A DNA stretch of 64,000 nucleotides from Acidobacteriota bacterium. Its GTDB lineage: Bacteria; Acidobacteriota; UBA890; WLXD01. Location of the stretch: assembly GCA_963666215.2 (NCBI GenBank), contig CAXWPL010000004.1, forward strand, positions 96,001 through 160,000, given 5' to 3'. Each line of letters starts with the position of its first letter. Position 1 is the first letter of the stretch. Below are positions 48,548 through 57,718 of the stretch, piece by piece. The position numbers were made by a program, and so were the translations under genes. The notes under the pieces were generated by a model, which ran no database searches, was not told the DNA's origin, and saw nothing but the letters and a program-made list of their open reading frames with translations.

Positions 48548-49401
48548 GATTCCTCCTGGCCGGTTGTCGGCCGTGGCGACTCTGCATCGCCGCCGAGGGT
48601 CTCGCGGACCATTTTCCGGCAGCCATGGAGGTAGATGCCGGCGTCCACCGACAGGCACATGTAGCGAACGCCGGTCCCGATCCAGTGCCGGGCACCTTCC
48701 GGGAAGTCCGCGTAGGTCCCGGCCGTCAGGCCGGCAGCGGTGATCGTGGTGACTGCTTGCGCCATGCGGTCCCGCACCCGGGGATCCCAGACCTGCGCCG
48801 GGATGCCAATCGCCTGCGAAAGGTCGTACGGACCGAGGAACACGATGTCGATGCCATCAACCCGGACGATCTCTTCGAGCTTCTGCACGCCCTCGAGGCC
48901 CTCCACCTGGATGGCCACCAGCGTCTCCCGATTGAGACGCTCGGTTACCGCGCCGCCGGCCGAGAAATAGCGGCCGGCGCGAGTATACGGCGACAGTCCC
49001 CGGCTTCCGAGAGGCGCGTAGCGGGCCGCTTCGACGACCGCCTCGGCCTGCTGCGGCGTCGATACGTGCGGCACCTGCACTCCGGCGGGCCCCAGATCGA
49101 GCGCTCGGAGGATGTCGACTGGATCACGAGCCGCTACCCGCACGACAGGGGCAATCCCGACACTGTCGGCAGTCCGGCACAGGTTCTCGATGACCGCCGG
49201 ATCCAGCGGCGCGTGCTCCATGTCGAGCACCAGGAAGTCGAACCCCGCCAAAGCGGCGATCTCGATCAGTGCCGGCGACGCCAGGTTGACGAACGGCCCG
49301 AGGACCGTAGCTCCACCCGCGAGCCGTTGCCGGAACGACAGGGAGTCCGCGACAGACGCGCCGGCCGGGCCTTCTGTTGGTGCGACCGAGCTGCGCGTCA
49401 T
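48544..49401 (-). CDS. HpcH/HpaI aldolase-family protein
   Basis: LDMEH, RALDLG..G..VPH, QVE, FLGPYDLS. Confidence 0.88.
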   Translation of the reverse strand: MTRSSVAPTEGPAGASVADSLSFRQRLAGGATVLGPFVNLASPALIEIAALAGFDFLVLDMEHAPLDPAVIENLCRTADSVGIAPVVRVAARDPVDILRALDLGPAGVQVPHVSTPQQAEAVVEAARYAPLGSRGLSPYTRAGRYFSAGGAVTERLNRETLVAIQVEGLEGVQKLEEIVRVDGIDIVFLGPYDLSQAIGIPAQVWDPRVRDRMAQAVTTITAAGLTAGTYADFPEGARHWIGTGVRYMCLSVDAGIYLHGCRKMVRETLGGDAESPRPTTGQEES

Positions 49402-49403
49402 CG

Positions 49404-49421
49404 ATCTACCCGAGAGTAAAA
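49404..49421. promoter_or_regulatory. Putative operator 9
   Basis: ATCTACCCGAGAGTAAAA, 2 nt upstream of the aldolase ATG. Confidence 0.65.
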
Positions 49422-49533
49422 TACGGAAGCCTCAGCCGGTGGGGCAGGCTTCACGGGCTCCCAAAGCCCCACGCTTGTTCCTCGCCGCTGCAAGACCACC
49501 GACCCGGCACGAACGCGTAGAGTGTACTCCAAC

Positions 49534-49552
49534 TTTGACTCTCCAGTACAAT
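49534..49552 (+). promoter_or_regulatory. Putative operator 10 overlapping a TACAAT -10 box
   Basis: TTTGACTCTCCAGTACAA(T). Confidence 0.65.
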
Positions 49553-49586
49553 TCCAGAGACTCCAAACAAGCGAGGCTCCGCTTCG

Positions 49587-50942
49587 ATGTTCACCCGCGT
49601 CATGGTGGCAAACCGCGGCGAGATCGCCGTTCGGATCATGCGTTCGCTGCGCGAGATGGGAATCGAGTCGGTGGCGGTTCACTCCGACACCGACGCCGAC
49701 TCGCTCCACGTGCACCTGGCCGACCAGGCGGTCGCGATCGGCCCTGGCCCGGCGGTCCAGAGCTATCTCAGTGTAGACGCTCTCCTGGATGCGGCGCGTA
49801 GGAGCGGCGCAACCGCAGTACATCCGGGCTACGGCTTCCTGGCCGAGAACGCCGGGTTCGCCGCCGCCTGCGAGGCACAAGGGCTGGCGTTCATCGGACC
49901 CACACCGGAGAACATCGCGCTCGCCGGAAACAAGCTCGTCGCCCGAAAGACCATGGCGGCGGCAGGGCTGCCGGTGGTTCCCGGCTCCGACGCGAAGATC
50001 GATGACCTCGATGACGCGAGGGCGGCCTGCAAGGAGGCCGGCTTCCCCGTGATGCTCAAGGCGGCCGCGGGAGGCGGTGGTCGAGGCATGCGCGTGCTGA
50101 CCGGCGAATCGGAGCTGGTCGAGGATTTCGCCATTGCCCGCGGTGAAGCCAACGCCGCTTTCGGCGATCCCACACTCTACCTCGAGAAGCTCGTCCCGGA
50201 AGCGCGCCACGTGGAAGTGCAGGTACTGGGCGACGGAACCGGCGCCGGCGTCCATCTCGGCGAACGCAACTGCTCGGTCCAGCGGCGCCACCAGAAGCTT
50301 GTCGAGGAGAGTCCGTCGCCCAGGCTCGGCGAGGACCTGCGCAGCGCTCTACACCGCGCTGCGCTCGACGCGGTGGCTGCCCTCAACTATCGGAACGCCG
50401 GCACCGTTGAGTTTCTGGTCGACCCCGACGACCGTTTCTACTTTCTCGAGCTCAACTCCCGCATCCAGGTCGAGCATCCGGTGAGCGAGTTGATCACCGG
50501 CGTCGATCTGGTCAAGGCCCAGCTGCGAATTGCCGCGGAGGAACGATTGCCGTTTCACCAGGGCGACATCACGTTCCGCGGCCACGCCATCGAGTGCCGC
50601 ATCAATGCCGAGGACCCCGACGACGATTTCCTGCCGCAGCCCGGGACCATCGTCAACTTCCGACCACCCGGAGGGTTCGGTGTAAGACTCGACACGCATG
50701 TGTACGCGGGCTACACGATGCCGATCTACTACGACTCGCTGCTGGGCAAGCTGCTGGCTCTCGGGGCGGACCGCGACGAGGCCATCGCCGTGATGTCGAG
50801 GGCGCTCGACGAGCTCGAGATCGGCCCGCTGCGCACCACAACGGCCTTCCTGCGCCGCGTGATGGACGAGCCCACATTCAGAGACGGGACCTACACCACG
50901 ACGCTCTGCCGCCGGATGCTGCCGGACCTCGAAGACGACTAG
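49587..50942 (+). CDS. accC: Biotin carboxylase
   Basis: ANRGEIA, HPGYGFLAEN, GGGGRGM, QRRHQK, RIQVEH, ECRINAED. Confidence 0.92.
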   Translation: MFTRVMVANRGEIAVRIMRSLREMGIESVAVHSDTDADSLHVHLADQAVAIGPGPAVQSYLSVDALLDAARRSGATAVHPGYGFLAENAGFAAACEAQGLAFIGPTPENIALAGNKLVARKTMAAAGLPVVPGSDAKIDDLDDARAACKEAGFPVMLKAAAGGGGRGMRVLTGESELVEDFAIARGEANAAFGDPTLYLEKLVPEARHVEVQVLGDGTGAGVHLGERNCSVQRRHQKLVEESPSPRLGEDLRSALHRAALDAVAALNYRNAGTVEFLVDPDDRFYFLELNSRIQVEHPVSELITGVDLVKAQLRIAAEERLPFHQGDITFRGHAIECRINAEDPDDDFLPQPGTIVNFRPPGGFGVRLDTHVYAGYTMPIYYDSLLGKLLALGADRDEAIAVMSRALDELEIGPLRTTTAFLRRVMDEPTFRDGTYTTTLCRRMLPDLEDD

Positions 50943-51068
50943 CTGTGTCTTCTCAGGAGGTTGTTCGTGTTGGCGGCGGCGTTTCATACGCGCGGAGGCG
51001 AGGGGCAGCGGGCACCCTTCCCCCTGGCGGGAACGCAGGCGACCGTCCCCTGCCGCCCGCGCGGTCGG

Positions 51069-52064
51069 TCAGATCGATCCCGTCTCCGGCGTGCTTTCGG
51101 GGCCGGTCAGATCGCGATAGGCCTTGGCGGTGAAGCAGAGCCCCAGTGCCGCTCGTGTGGTCATGAACGTGGCATGGGCGGCGAGACTGAATGCCAGTAG
51201 GCGAGGCTCGTCGGCGTAGTCGCCGAAGAAGAAGATCCACGCCACCTGTGTGGTGCCCAGGTGGGCAACGGTAATCGGTAGGGCCGCCAGCATGAAGATC
51301 ACCGGCAGGAAGGTCAACAGCGCCAGGAACGGGATGTGAATGCCGAAGGCGCCGGCCGCCACGTAATGGAAACAGAGCGACGCGAAGAACATCGGCGCGC
51401 GCAGCAGGACGATCTGCAGATAGCGAGCCACCGGGGCAATCTTGAAGGTCCGGAACAGCGACCATTCGCGAGGGCCACCGGCAATCGAGGAGCTGCCGAG
51501 CCCGATGATCCGCCGAACGACCGTCCAGGGACTGAGCCCGGCCCGGGCGTACAGGAGGAAGAACAACCAGAAAACCGCCACCGCGGGTGGCACCCAGAAG
51601 AGCTTTTCGGGGATCCGCTCGTATCCCAGGACCATGCCCGCCGTGGCCCAGCCCAGCAAGTGTGTGTATTCGGTCAGCACCAGGAAGATCACCGTGCTCC
51701 CCAGCTGCAGGAACGGCGCCCTGACGCGACGCGACAGATAGGCCGCCAGGGCCCCGCGCGCCAGGTTGGTGTTGAACATCGCGACGACATAGGACGCAGC
51801 GCGGGCCGGCAGCATGTCGCGATAGCGGATCGGGCCGTGAAACCACCGGATGACGCAGGTCAGCACCAGCGTGTCCCAGCAGAAGTAGATCACCGAGTTG
51901 GGAATCATCAGCGCCAGGAAAACGCCGACGTCGGCCTCGCCCAGGGCCGACATGAGCCGCTCGAGAGGGATCCGCCTGAAGATGAACAGGAAGATCGCCG
52001 CGGTCACCAGGTACGGAACCAGGCGCTGCAGGAGGCGGATTCCGCGCTTCCGCGGCTGCTTCAC
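51069..52064 (-). CDS. Lysylphosphatidylglycerol-synthase TM-domain (flippase-like) membrane protein
   Basis: Multi-TM protein with LPITVAHLG..Q motif; GTGA-coupled to the upstream LLM gene. Confidence 0.65.
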   Translation of the reverse strand: MKQPRKRGIRLLQRLVPYLVTAAIFLFIFRRIPLERLMSALGEADVGVFLALMIPNSVIYFCWDTLVLTCVIRWFHGPIRYRDMLPARAASYVVAMFNTNLARGALAAYLSRRVRAPFLQLGSTVIFLVLTEYTHLLGWATAGMVLGYERIPEKLFWVPPAVAVFWLFFLLYARAGLSPWTVVRRIIGLGSSSIAGGPREWSLFRTFKIAPVARYLQIVLLRAPMFFASLCFHYVAAGAFGIHIPFLALLTFLPVIFMLAALPITVAHLGTTQVAWIFFFGDYADEPRLLAFSLAAHATFMTTRAALGLCFTAKAYRDLTGPESTPETGSI

Positions 52065-53056
52065 CGGAACCGCGGCATCACCTCACGGGCGAAGAGCTCG
52101 AGCGAGCGCGAGGCCTTGTCGACCGGGAAGCCCGGCGGGAACGCCCAGTGAACGAACTCCTCGAAGGGGATCTGCTCGCGCAGCCGGCGGATGGCAGCCT
52201 CGCAGTCGTTCGGCGTCCCGCAGATGAAGTTGCCGCGATCCAGCTGCTCGGCGTCCTCGAGGTCAGGGTCGACGGCATCGCCGGCCTCGCGGTACCAGCG
52301 GCGATAGTCGTTGGCCTGATACAGGTAGTGGTCGCGGATCTCGCGCCACCCGTGCTCCGCGTCCTCACAGCAGTACAGGGCGCGGAAACACTTCATCGAA
52401 TGGTCCGCCGGATCGCGACCCGCGGAGCGCAGTGCGTCGTGATAGGCCTTCTGGACATCGAACGGCGTCGTCGAGGAGGGCAGCAGCCCACAACCGAAGC
52501 GCGCCGCCCGTCTTATTGCCGGCTTCGACTGGCCGCCGATCCACAACGGCATCGGGCTCTGGAGCGGCTTCGGCGTCACTTCCAGGTCGTCGAAGTTCCA
52601 GTATTCGCCGTGGAAGGAGAACGGGCCCGGCTGCCATGCCCGCGTCAAGATTTCCATGGCCTCGTCCATGACTCGGCCGCGGCGTTCGTGTGACACCTCG
52701 AATCCTTCGAACTCCTTGACCCGGTAGCCGACGGCCACCCCCAGGTCGAGGCGTCCACCCGAGAGGATATCGACCACCGCCGCGTCCTCCGCCACCCGCA
52801 GCGGGTGGTGTAGGGGTAACAACAAGATCAAGGTCCCCAGACGCATGCGTTGCGTTCGAGCGGCGACCGCCGCCAGCATCGTCAGCGACGACGGCAAGTA
52901 GCCGTCGTCGATGAAGTGGTGTTCGGAAGTCCACATGGAGTCGTACCCGAGCTCCTCTGCGAGGGTGATCTGATCGAGGATCGCGGGGTAGAGCTCTCCC
53001 CAGGGACGGCTCCACGCACTCGGGTTGCGGAAGTGATACCAGACACCGAATCTCAT
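52061..53056 (-). CDS. LLM-class flavin-dependent oxidoreductase
   Basis: WTSEHHF, HPLRVAEDAAVVD.LSGGRLDLG. Confidence 0.88.
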   Translation of the reverse strand: MRFGVWYHFRNPSAWSRPWGELYPAILDQITLAEELGYDSMWTSEHHFIDDGYLPSSLTMLAAVAARTQRMRLGTLILLLPLHHPLRVAEDAAVVDILSGGRLDLGVAVGYRVKEFEGFEVSHERRGRVMDEAMEILTRAWQPGPFSFHGEYWNFDDLEVTPKPLQSPMPLWIGGQSKPAIRRAARFGCGLLPSSTTPFDVQKAYHDALRSAGRDPADHSMKCFRALYCCEDAEHGWREIRDHYLYQANDYRRWYREAGDAVDPDLEDAEQLDRGNFICGTPNDCEAAIRRLREQIPFEEFVHWAFPPGFPVDKASRSLELFAREVMPRFR

Positions 53057-53150
53057 GTTCTCGAGCTCCCGATCGACGCCGGGCGAGGCGCTGTGATGAC
53101 GCGCGCATCGGATCGTTGCTCCATCGTGCGACTCCTCCGCGGACCTCGGC

Positions 53151-54377
53151 TCACCTCGACAATGAGCCCGGATCCTGTTCCAGGTACTCGCGCAGCTGGC
53201 CCACGAACGCCAGCGCCTGCGCGCCATCAACGACACGGTGATCGAAGGTGAGCGACACCGGGAGCACGGGGCGCGCCACCACTGATCCGTTCTCCACGAC
53301 CGCACGATCGACGATGCGTCCGAGACCGAGAATCGCGACCTCCGGGGGCCGGATCAGCGAGGTGCCATAGTGGCCACCGGCAGGACCCACATTACTGATC
53401 GTGAAGGTCCCGCCGCGCATATCCTCCGGCGTCAGCTCGTGCTGCTCGGCAGCGTCGCAGAGACGCTGAATCTCCACACCAATCTCGAAGAGATCGCGAC
53501 CGTCTGCCCGTTTCACGACCGGCACGACCAGGCCCTCCGACGACGACACGGCGATGCCGATGTCGCGGGCTTTCTTCAGCACGATCATCTCGCGCGACTC
53601 GTCGAGTGAAGCGTTCAGCCAGGGGTGCTGCCGCAGCGCCAGGGCGACGGCCTTCACCACGAAAGAGAGGTACGTCAGCTTGACGCCACGCGACTCCGCC
53701 TCGGGCTTCAGACGCTCGCGCTCGGCAACCAGCCGGCCGACTACGAACTCGTGGAACCCGGCAACGTGCGGGATTTCTCTGTACGACTTGGCGAGGGTCT
53801 CCGCGACACGGCGCCGGATGCCTCGCAGGGGCACCTCTTCGTCTGCGGTGACCGCCGCAACTGCCGTGTCGCCCGCCGCAGCGGCGGCAGCGCTCCCCGA
53901 GAGCGAGTCGAAATGGCGCTGGACGTCCTCCGGGAGGATCCTTCCCCGCGGGCCGGATCCCGGCACTGCCGTCAGATCCACCCCTAGCTCCCTGGCAAGC
54001 CGGCGCGCCGAGGGCGCGGCAGGCACGTTGCCGGCCGGGGCCCCGGCAGCGGTCTCGAGGGGCGGCGCGGCGACGTTTGCGGCGGCGGTTCCAGCGGCCG
54101 GCGCGCCGGCGTCGGCAGTATCGGCGGTGCCCGGATCGGCGACGTCCATCACCAGTAACAGGTCACCCACCGGCACCCGCTCGCCCACCGCGGCAGCCAG
54201 GTGGACGATCCGTCCGGTGGCGGGTGCCGGCATCGACACGATCGACTTGTCGGTTTCGATGTCGGCGATCTCCTGGTTCTCTTCGACCCAGTCGCCGACG
54301 GCGATCTTCCATTCCGAGACCTCGACCTCAGCCAGACCTTCACCGACGTCGGGCATGTGGAATTCGAACTTCGCCAT
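53151..54377 (-). CDS. 2-oxoacid dehydrogenase E2 (dihydrolipoamide acyltransferase)
   Basis: Lipoyl ETDK, A.PSARRLARE binding domain, DHRVVDG. Confidence 0.92.
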   Translation of the reverse strand: MAKFEFHMPDVGEGLAEVEVSEWKIAVGDWVEENQEIADIETDKSIVSMPAPATGRIVHLAAAVGERVPVGDLLLVMDVADPGTADTADAGAPAAGTAAANVAAPPLETAAGAPAGNVPAAPSARRLARELGVDLTAVPGSGPRGRILPEDVQRHFDSLSGSAAAAAAGDTAVAAVTADEEVPLRGIRRRVAETLAKSYREIPHVAGFHEFVVGRLVAERERLKPEAESRGVKLTYLSFVVKAVALALRQHPWLNASLDESREMIVLKKARDIGIAVSSSEGLVVPVVKRADGRDLFEIGVEIQRLCDAAEQHELTPEDMRGGTFTISNVGPAGGHYGTSLIRPPEVAILGLGRIVDRAVVENGSVVARPVLPVSLTFDHRVVDGAQALAFVGQLREYLEQDPGSLSR

Positions 54378-54380
54378 GGC

Positions 54381-55364
54381 TCAGACCTGCGTCGCTTTCT
54401 CGATCCCCGCGAGCACGCGGGCCTCGTCGATCAAGTACTGGGGCTCCAGCATCTGCACGGGATAGGGCGTGTCGGGTCCGCAAACGCGGACGAGCGGTCG
54501 ATGCAGCGCGAAGAAAGCGTCCTCGTTCTCGAGAATCGTGGCAATCACCTCGCCGGCGAATCCAGCGGTCTTGGAGGCCTCGTGGACGATCACTCCGCGG
54601 CCCGTTTTGGCCACGGACGCCCAGAGAGTCTCCGCATCGAGCGGCACCAGGGTCCGCAGATCGATCACCTCAACCGAGATGCCGCGCTGCGCGGCGGTTT
54701 CCGCGGCCGCCGTCACGACCTCCACCGCGGCGCTCCAGGCGATCACGGTGCAATCGGTGCCCTCGCGCACAACGCGCGCTTTGCCCAGCGGCACGAGGTG
54801 CTCTCCGTCGGGAACCTCTCCTCGGATCAGCCGGTATCCACGCAACGGCTCGATGTAGATCACCGGGTCGGGGTCGCGCACGGCGCTCGCCAGCAGTCCC
54901 TTGGCGTCGGCGGGGTTGGACGGAGCCACCATCTTCAGCCCGGGTGCGTGGGCGAGGTGGGCCTCGAAGGAATCGGAGTGCATCTCCGGCGCTCGAACGC
55001 CGCCGCCGCACGGCATGCGCAGGGTCACCGGGGCCGAGAGGCTGCCCCACGACCGGTAGCGCACGCGGGCGAGCTGCTCGACGATCTGATTGAAGGCGTT
55101 GTGGGTGAATCCCATGAACTGGATCTCCGCCACTGGCACCATGCCGGCGATCGCCAACCCCACCGCGGCGCCGACGATGGCGCCCTCCGCCAGCGGCGTG
55201 TCGACAACCCGAGCCGATCCGAACCGCTCCTGGAGCCGGTCTGTGGCGCGGAACACGCCGCCCGACTGACCGACGTCCTCACCCAGGATCATCACCCGCT
55301 CGTCGCGCTCCATCTCGGCTTCCAGAGTCGACCGGATCGCCTCCACCATGGTCATGTCGGACAT
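54381..55364 (-). CDS. 2-oxoacid dehydrogenase E1 beta subunit
   Basis: GEDVG..GGVFR.T, DTPLAE, EIQF.GF, HS.S.EA, DLRTL.PLD. Confidence 0.92.
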   Translation of the reverse strand: MSDMTMVEAIRSTLEAEMERDERVMILGEDVGQSGGVFRATDRLQERFGSARVVDTPLAEGAIVGAAVGLAIAGMVPVAEIQFMGFTHNAFNQIVEQLARVRYRSWGSLSAPVTLRMPCGGGVRAPEMHSDSFEAHLAHAPGLKMVAPSNPADAKGLLASAVRDPDPVIYIEPLRGYRLIRGEVPDGEHLVPLGKARVVREGTDCTVIAWSAAVEVVTAAAETAAQRGISVEVIDLRTLVPLDAETLWASVAKTGRGVIVHEASKTAGFAGEVIATILENEDAFFALHRPLVRVCGPDTPYPVQMLEPQYLIDEARVLAGIEKATQV

Positions 55365-55366
55365 CG

Positions 55367-56440
55367 TCACATCCCCCGCGGCGAGGGAAGAGCAGATACG
55401 TGCCGCAGGCTCTCCTCGAGACTCGGCGGTGCTTCGGCCTGTGCTTCCGCCCACGCCGCCTCGAGCTGCGCGTTGATCTCCTCCTCCATGGCGCGTTCGA
55501 TCTCGTCGTCCCACTTGCCCTTGCGCGCAAGGTAGCGCTGGATGCGGAACAGCGGATCCTTGGGCTCCCAGGTCGCCCGCAGCGCCGGGTCCTCGAACCG
55601 TGTGCCGGCATCGGCGGTGGTGTGGATGCCAAGACGGTAGGTAAAGCCCTCGATGAGAGTCGGGCCGTCACCGCGTCGCGCCCGCGCCACCGCGTCGCGC
55701 ATGACCTCGTAGACGGCAAACAGATCGTTGCCGTCAACCAGCACTCCCGGGAACCCGCAGGCCATGGCCTTGTGGGCCACGGTCGGAGCCGCGGTCTGCA
55801 GCGGTCGCGACGTCGAGATCGCCCAGTGGTTGTTCTGACAGAAGAAAATGACCGGCGCCTTGCTCACGCCGGCGAAGTTCGCAGGCTCGTAGAAGTCCCC
55901 GTGCGAGCTGGCGCCCTCGCCGAAGTGCACCACCACAACATCATCTCGGCCGCGCAACCTCAATCCCCACCCCAGCCCGACTGCGTGTGAGATCTGCCCA
56001 GCAACCGCTGCCTGAAAGGGCAGCATCCGGAGCCCCTCCGGAATGTGGAAGCCGAGAGGGCTGCCCATGTGCCAGAGATATCCACGCACCAGAGCAAAGC
56101 CGTGGAGGAATTGTCCGGCGGCCTCGCGATACTGGGGCACGAACCAGTCCCGCTCGGGCTCCACGGCCATCACGCTCCCAACACTGCAGGCCTCCTGGCC
56201 GATGCCAGGGGCAAAGGTCACCATCAAGCCGCGTCGCTGGAGCTTGATGCAGTGCTCGTCAAAGCGCCGCCCCAGCATCATCGCGCGCAGCCCGGCGAGG
56301 GCTTCGTCGTCGGTGAGGGGTGGTGTATCGACCAGGAGGTTGCCGTCGGTGTCGAGCACCGAGTAAGGCTCCGGCACATCCTCTGGTGTGATCTCGAGAA
56401 CCCGGTATCTCGTCGTCTTCAGCATCGCCTTCTTCCCCAT
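55367..56440 (-). CDS. 2-oxoacid dehydrogenase E1 alpha subunit
   Basis: GQEA, YRE, GEGASS..NN ThDP motif, TYR..HTTAD. Confidence 0.9.
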   Translation of the reverse strand: MGKKAMLKTTRYRVLEITPEDVPEPYSVLDTDGNLLVDTPPLTDDEALAGLRAMMLGRRFDEHCIKLQRRGLMVTFAPGIGQEACSVGSVMAVEPERDWFVPQYREAAGQFLHGFALVRGYLWHMGSPLGFHIPEGLRMLPFQAAVAGQISHAVGLGWGLRLRGRDDVVVVHFGEGASSHGDFYEPANFAGVSKAPVIFFCQNNHWAISTSRPLQTAAPTVAHKAMACGFPGVLVDGNDLFAVYEVMRDAVARARRGDGPTLIEGFTYRLGIHTTADAGTRFEDPALRATWEPKDPLFRIQRYLARKGKWDDEIERAMEEEINAQLEAAWAEAQAEAPPSLEESLRHVSALPSPRGM

Positions 56441-56503
56441 CTCTTGCCTGGCCCAGCCGGCCGCGCGACGACGGCACTTGGCCGTCGGCGCGTATCACTC
56501 TCT

Positions 56504-57430
56504 TCAAGCATCGAGCGTCGCAATGATCTCGCGGCCGAAAGCGTGGACGAGCTCCACGTGCTGCTCCGCGGTCTCGTGCTCGAACTGGCACACGAAGTCG
56601 GTCGCCCCGAGATCCCGGTAGCGCCGCAGGAAGGCCCGTATCTGAGCAAAGGACCCGCGACACCCTATCTCCGACTCGCCTCCCATGTAGTGCCCTTCTA
56701 CACCGTCTCCGTGACGTGCGATTCCAGTCGCCTCGAACAGGTCGACGCTGAAACGAACCGTCGCCGCCAACGCCTTCTCACCACGACCCTTCGCTAGCCG
56801 ATTCATGCGTTCCACGGCGCGGCCGAAATCGTCCGGCATGACCTCGTCGCCATGCCAACCATCGCCGAGCAGGCCCGCACGCCGCACGGCAGCCGCCGAG
56901 TTGCCACCGATCCAGATCGGCGGTCCGCCCGGCTGTGAGGGCTTGGGCTCGAACAGCGCCTCACCGTAGTGGTAGAACTCACCCTGGAAGCGAGGCCGCG
57001 CCTCGGTCCAGAGGTTCCTGAGCACGCCGATGGACTCGTCCAGCAGACGCCCGCGCTGGTGGAAGGGCGCGCCGACGAAATCGTACTCCTCCTCGTTCCA
57101 GCCGACCGCCACGGCGACGATCAAGCGCCCCGGGGCGAGGGCGTCGAGCGTCGCCAGCTGCTTGGCGGCCAGCACCGCATTCCGCATCGGCAGCACCAGC
57201 ACCGACGTCCCGATGCGGATCCTGTCGGTATGCGCGGCTACCCAGGTCAGCGTCACAAGGCTCTCGTAGACGTTCCCGTAGCGCGGGTGCTCGGGACCGA
57301 CCAGAATATGGTCGGTCGTCCAGATCGACGTGTACCCGGCCTGCTCCGCCGCCTGCGCGACACCGAGAATGTGTTCCGCCGACGGATTCGCACCATATTT
57401 GAAGTTGGGAAGCGCAACTCCGAAATCCAC
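56504..57430 (-). CDS. LLM-class, probably F420-dependent, oxidoreductase
   Basis: SIWTTDH, MRNAVLAAKQLATLD, VGWNEEEY, PIWIGG, GDGW. Confidence 0.88.
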   Translation of the reverse strand: MDFGVALPNFKYGANPSAEHILGVAQAAEQAGYTSIWTTDHILVGPEHPRYGNVYESLVTLTWVAAHTDRIRIGTSVLVLPMRNAVLAAKQLATLDALAPGRLIVAVAVGWNEEEYDFVGAPFHQRGRLLDESIGVLRNLWTEARPRFQGEFYHYGEALFEPKPSQPGGPPIWIGGNSAAAVRRAGLLGDGWHGDEVMPDDFGRAVERMNRLAKGRGEKALAATVRFSVDLFEATGIARHGDGVEGHYMGGESEIGCRGSFAQIRAFLRRYRDLGATDFVCQFEHETAEQHVELVHAFGREIIATLDA

Positions 57431-57492
57431 TCTGGTCCCCTGATCCGTGCCGTCCAGACGTGGCGGCGAGTTGGCAGAATACCGCCGCAGCC

Positions 57493-57510
57493 TTCGACTT
57501 TCCAGTTAAT
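57493..57510. promoter_or_regulatory. Putative operator 11
   Basis: TTCGACTTTCCAGTTAAT. Confidence 0.6.
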
Positions 57511-57627
57511 AGAAGATTGGCACGCTACGACGTCGATTCGATCGCTTACGATAGGCTGAACCGGGGCCGGAGGTGCGTGTTTCTCTTAGTCGATCCCGCG
57601 CGACTACAGTAGGTACTTTCGTCGCTG

Positions 57628-57656
57628 TTCGCGCAAGTTCAACCGGAAAGTAGAAT
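57628..57656 (+). promoter_or_regulatory. Promoter TTCGCG-17-TAGAAT containing operator 12
   Basis: Operator TTCAACCGGAAAGTAGAA at 57638-57655. Confidence 0.65.
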
Positions 57657-57718
57657 AATCGGACGTCGTCCGCCGTACGTCCCGATTCGGACCCCTGGCG
57701 TGCACTGAAGGAGCCGCG

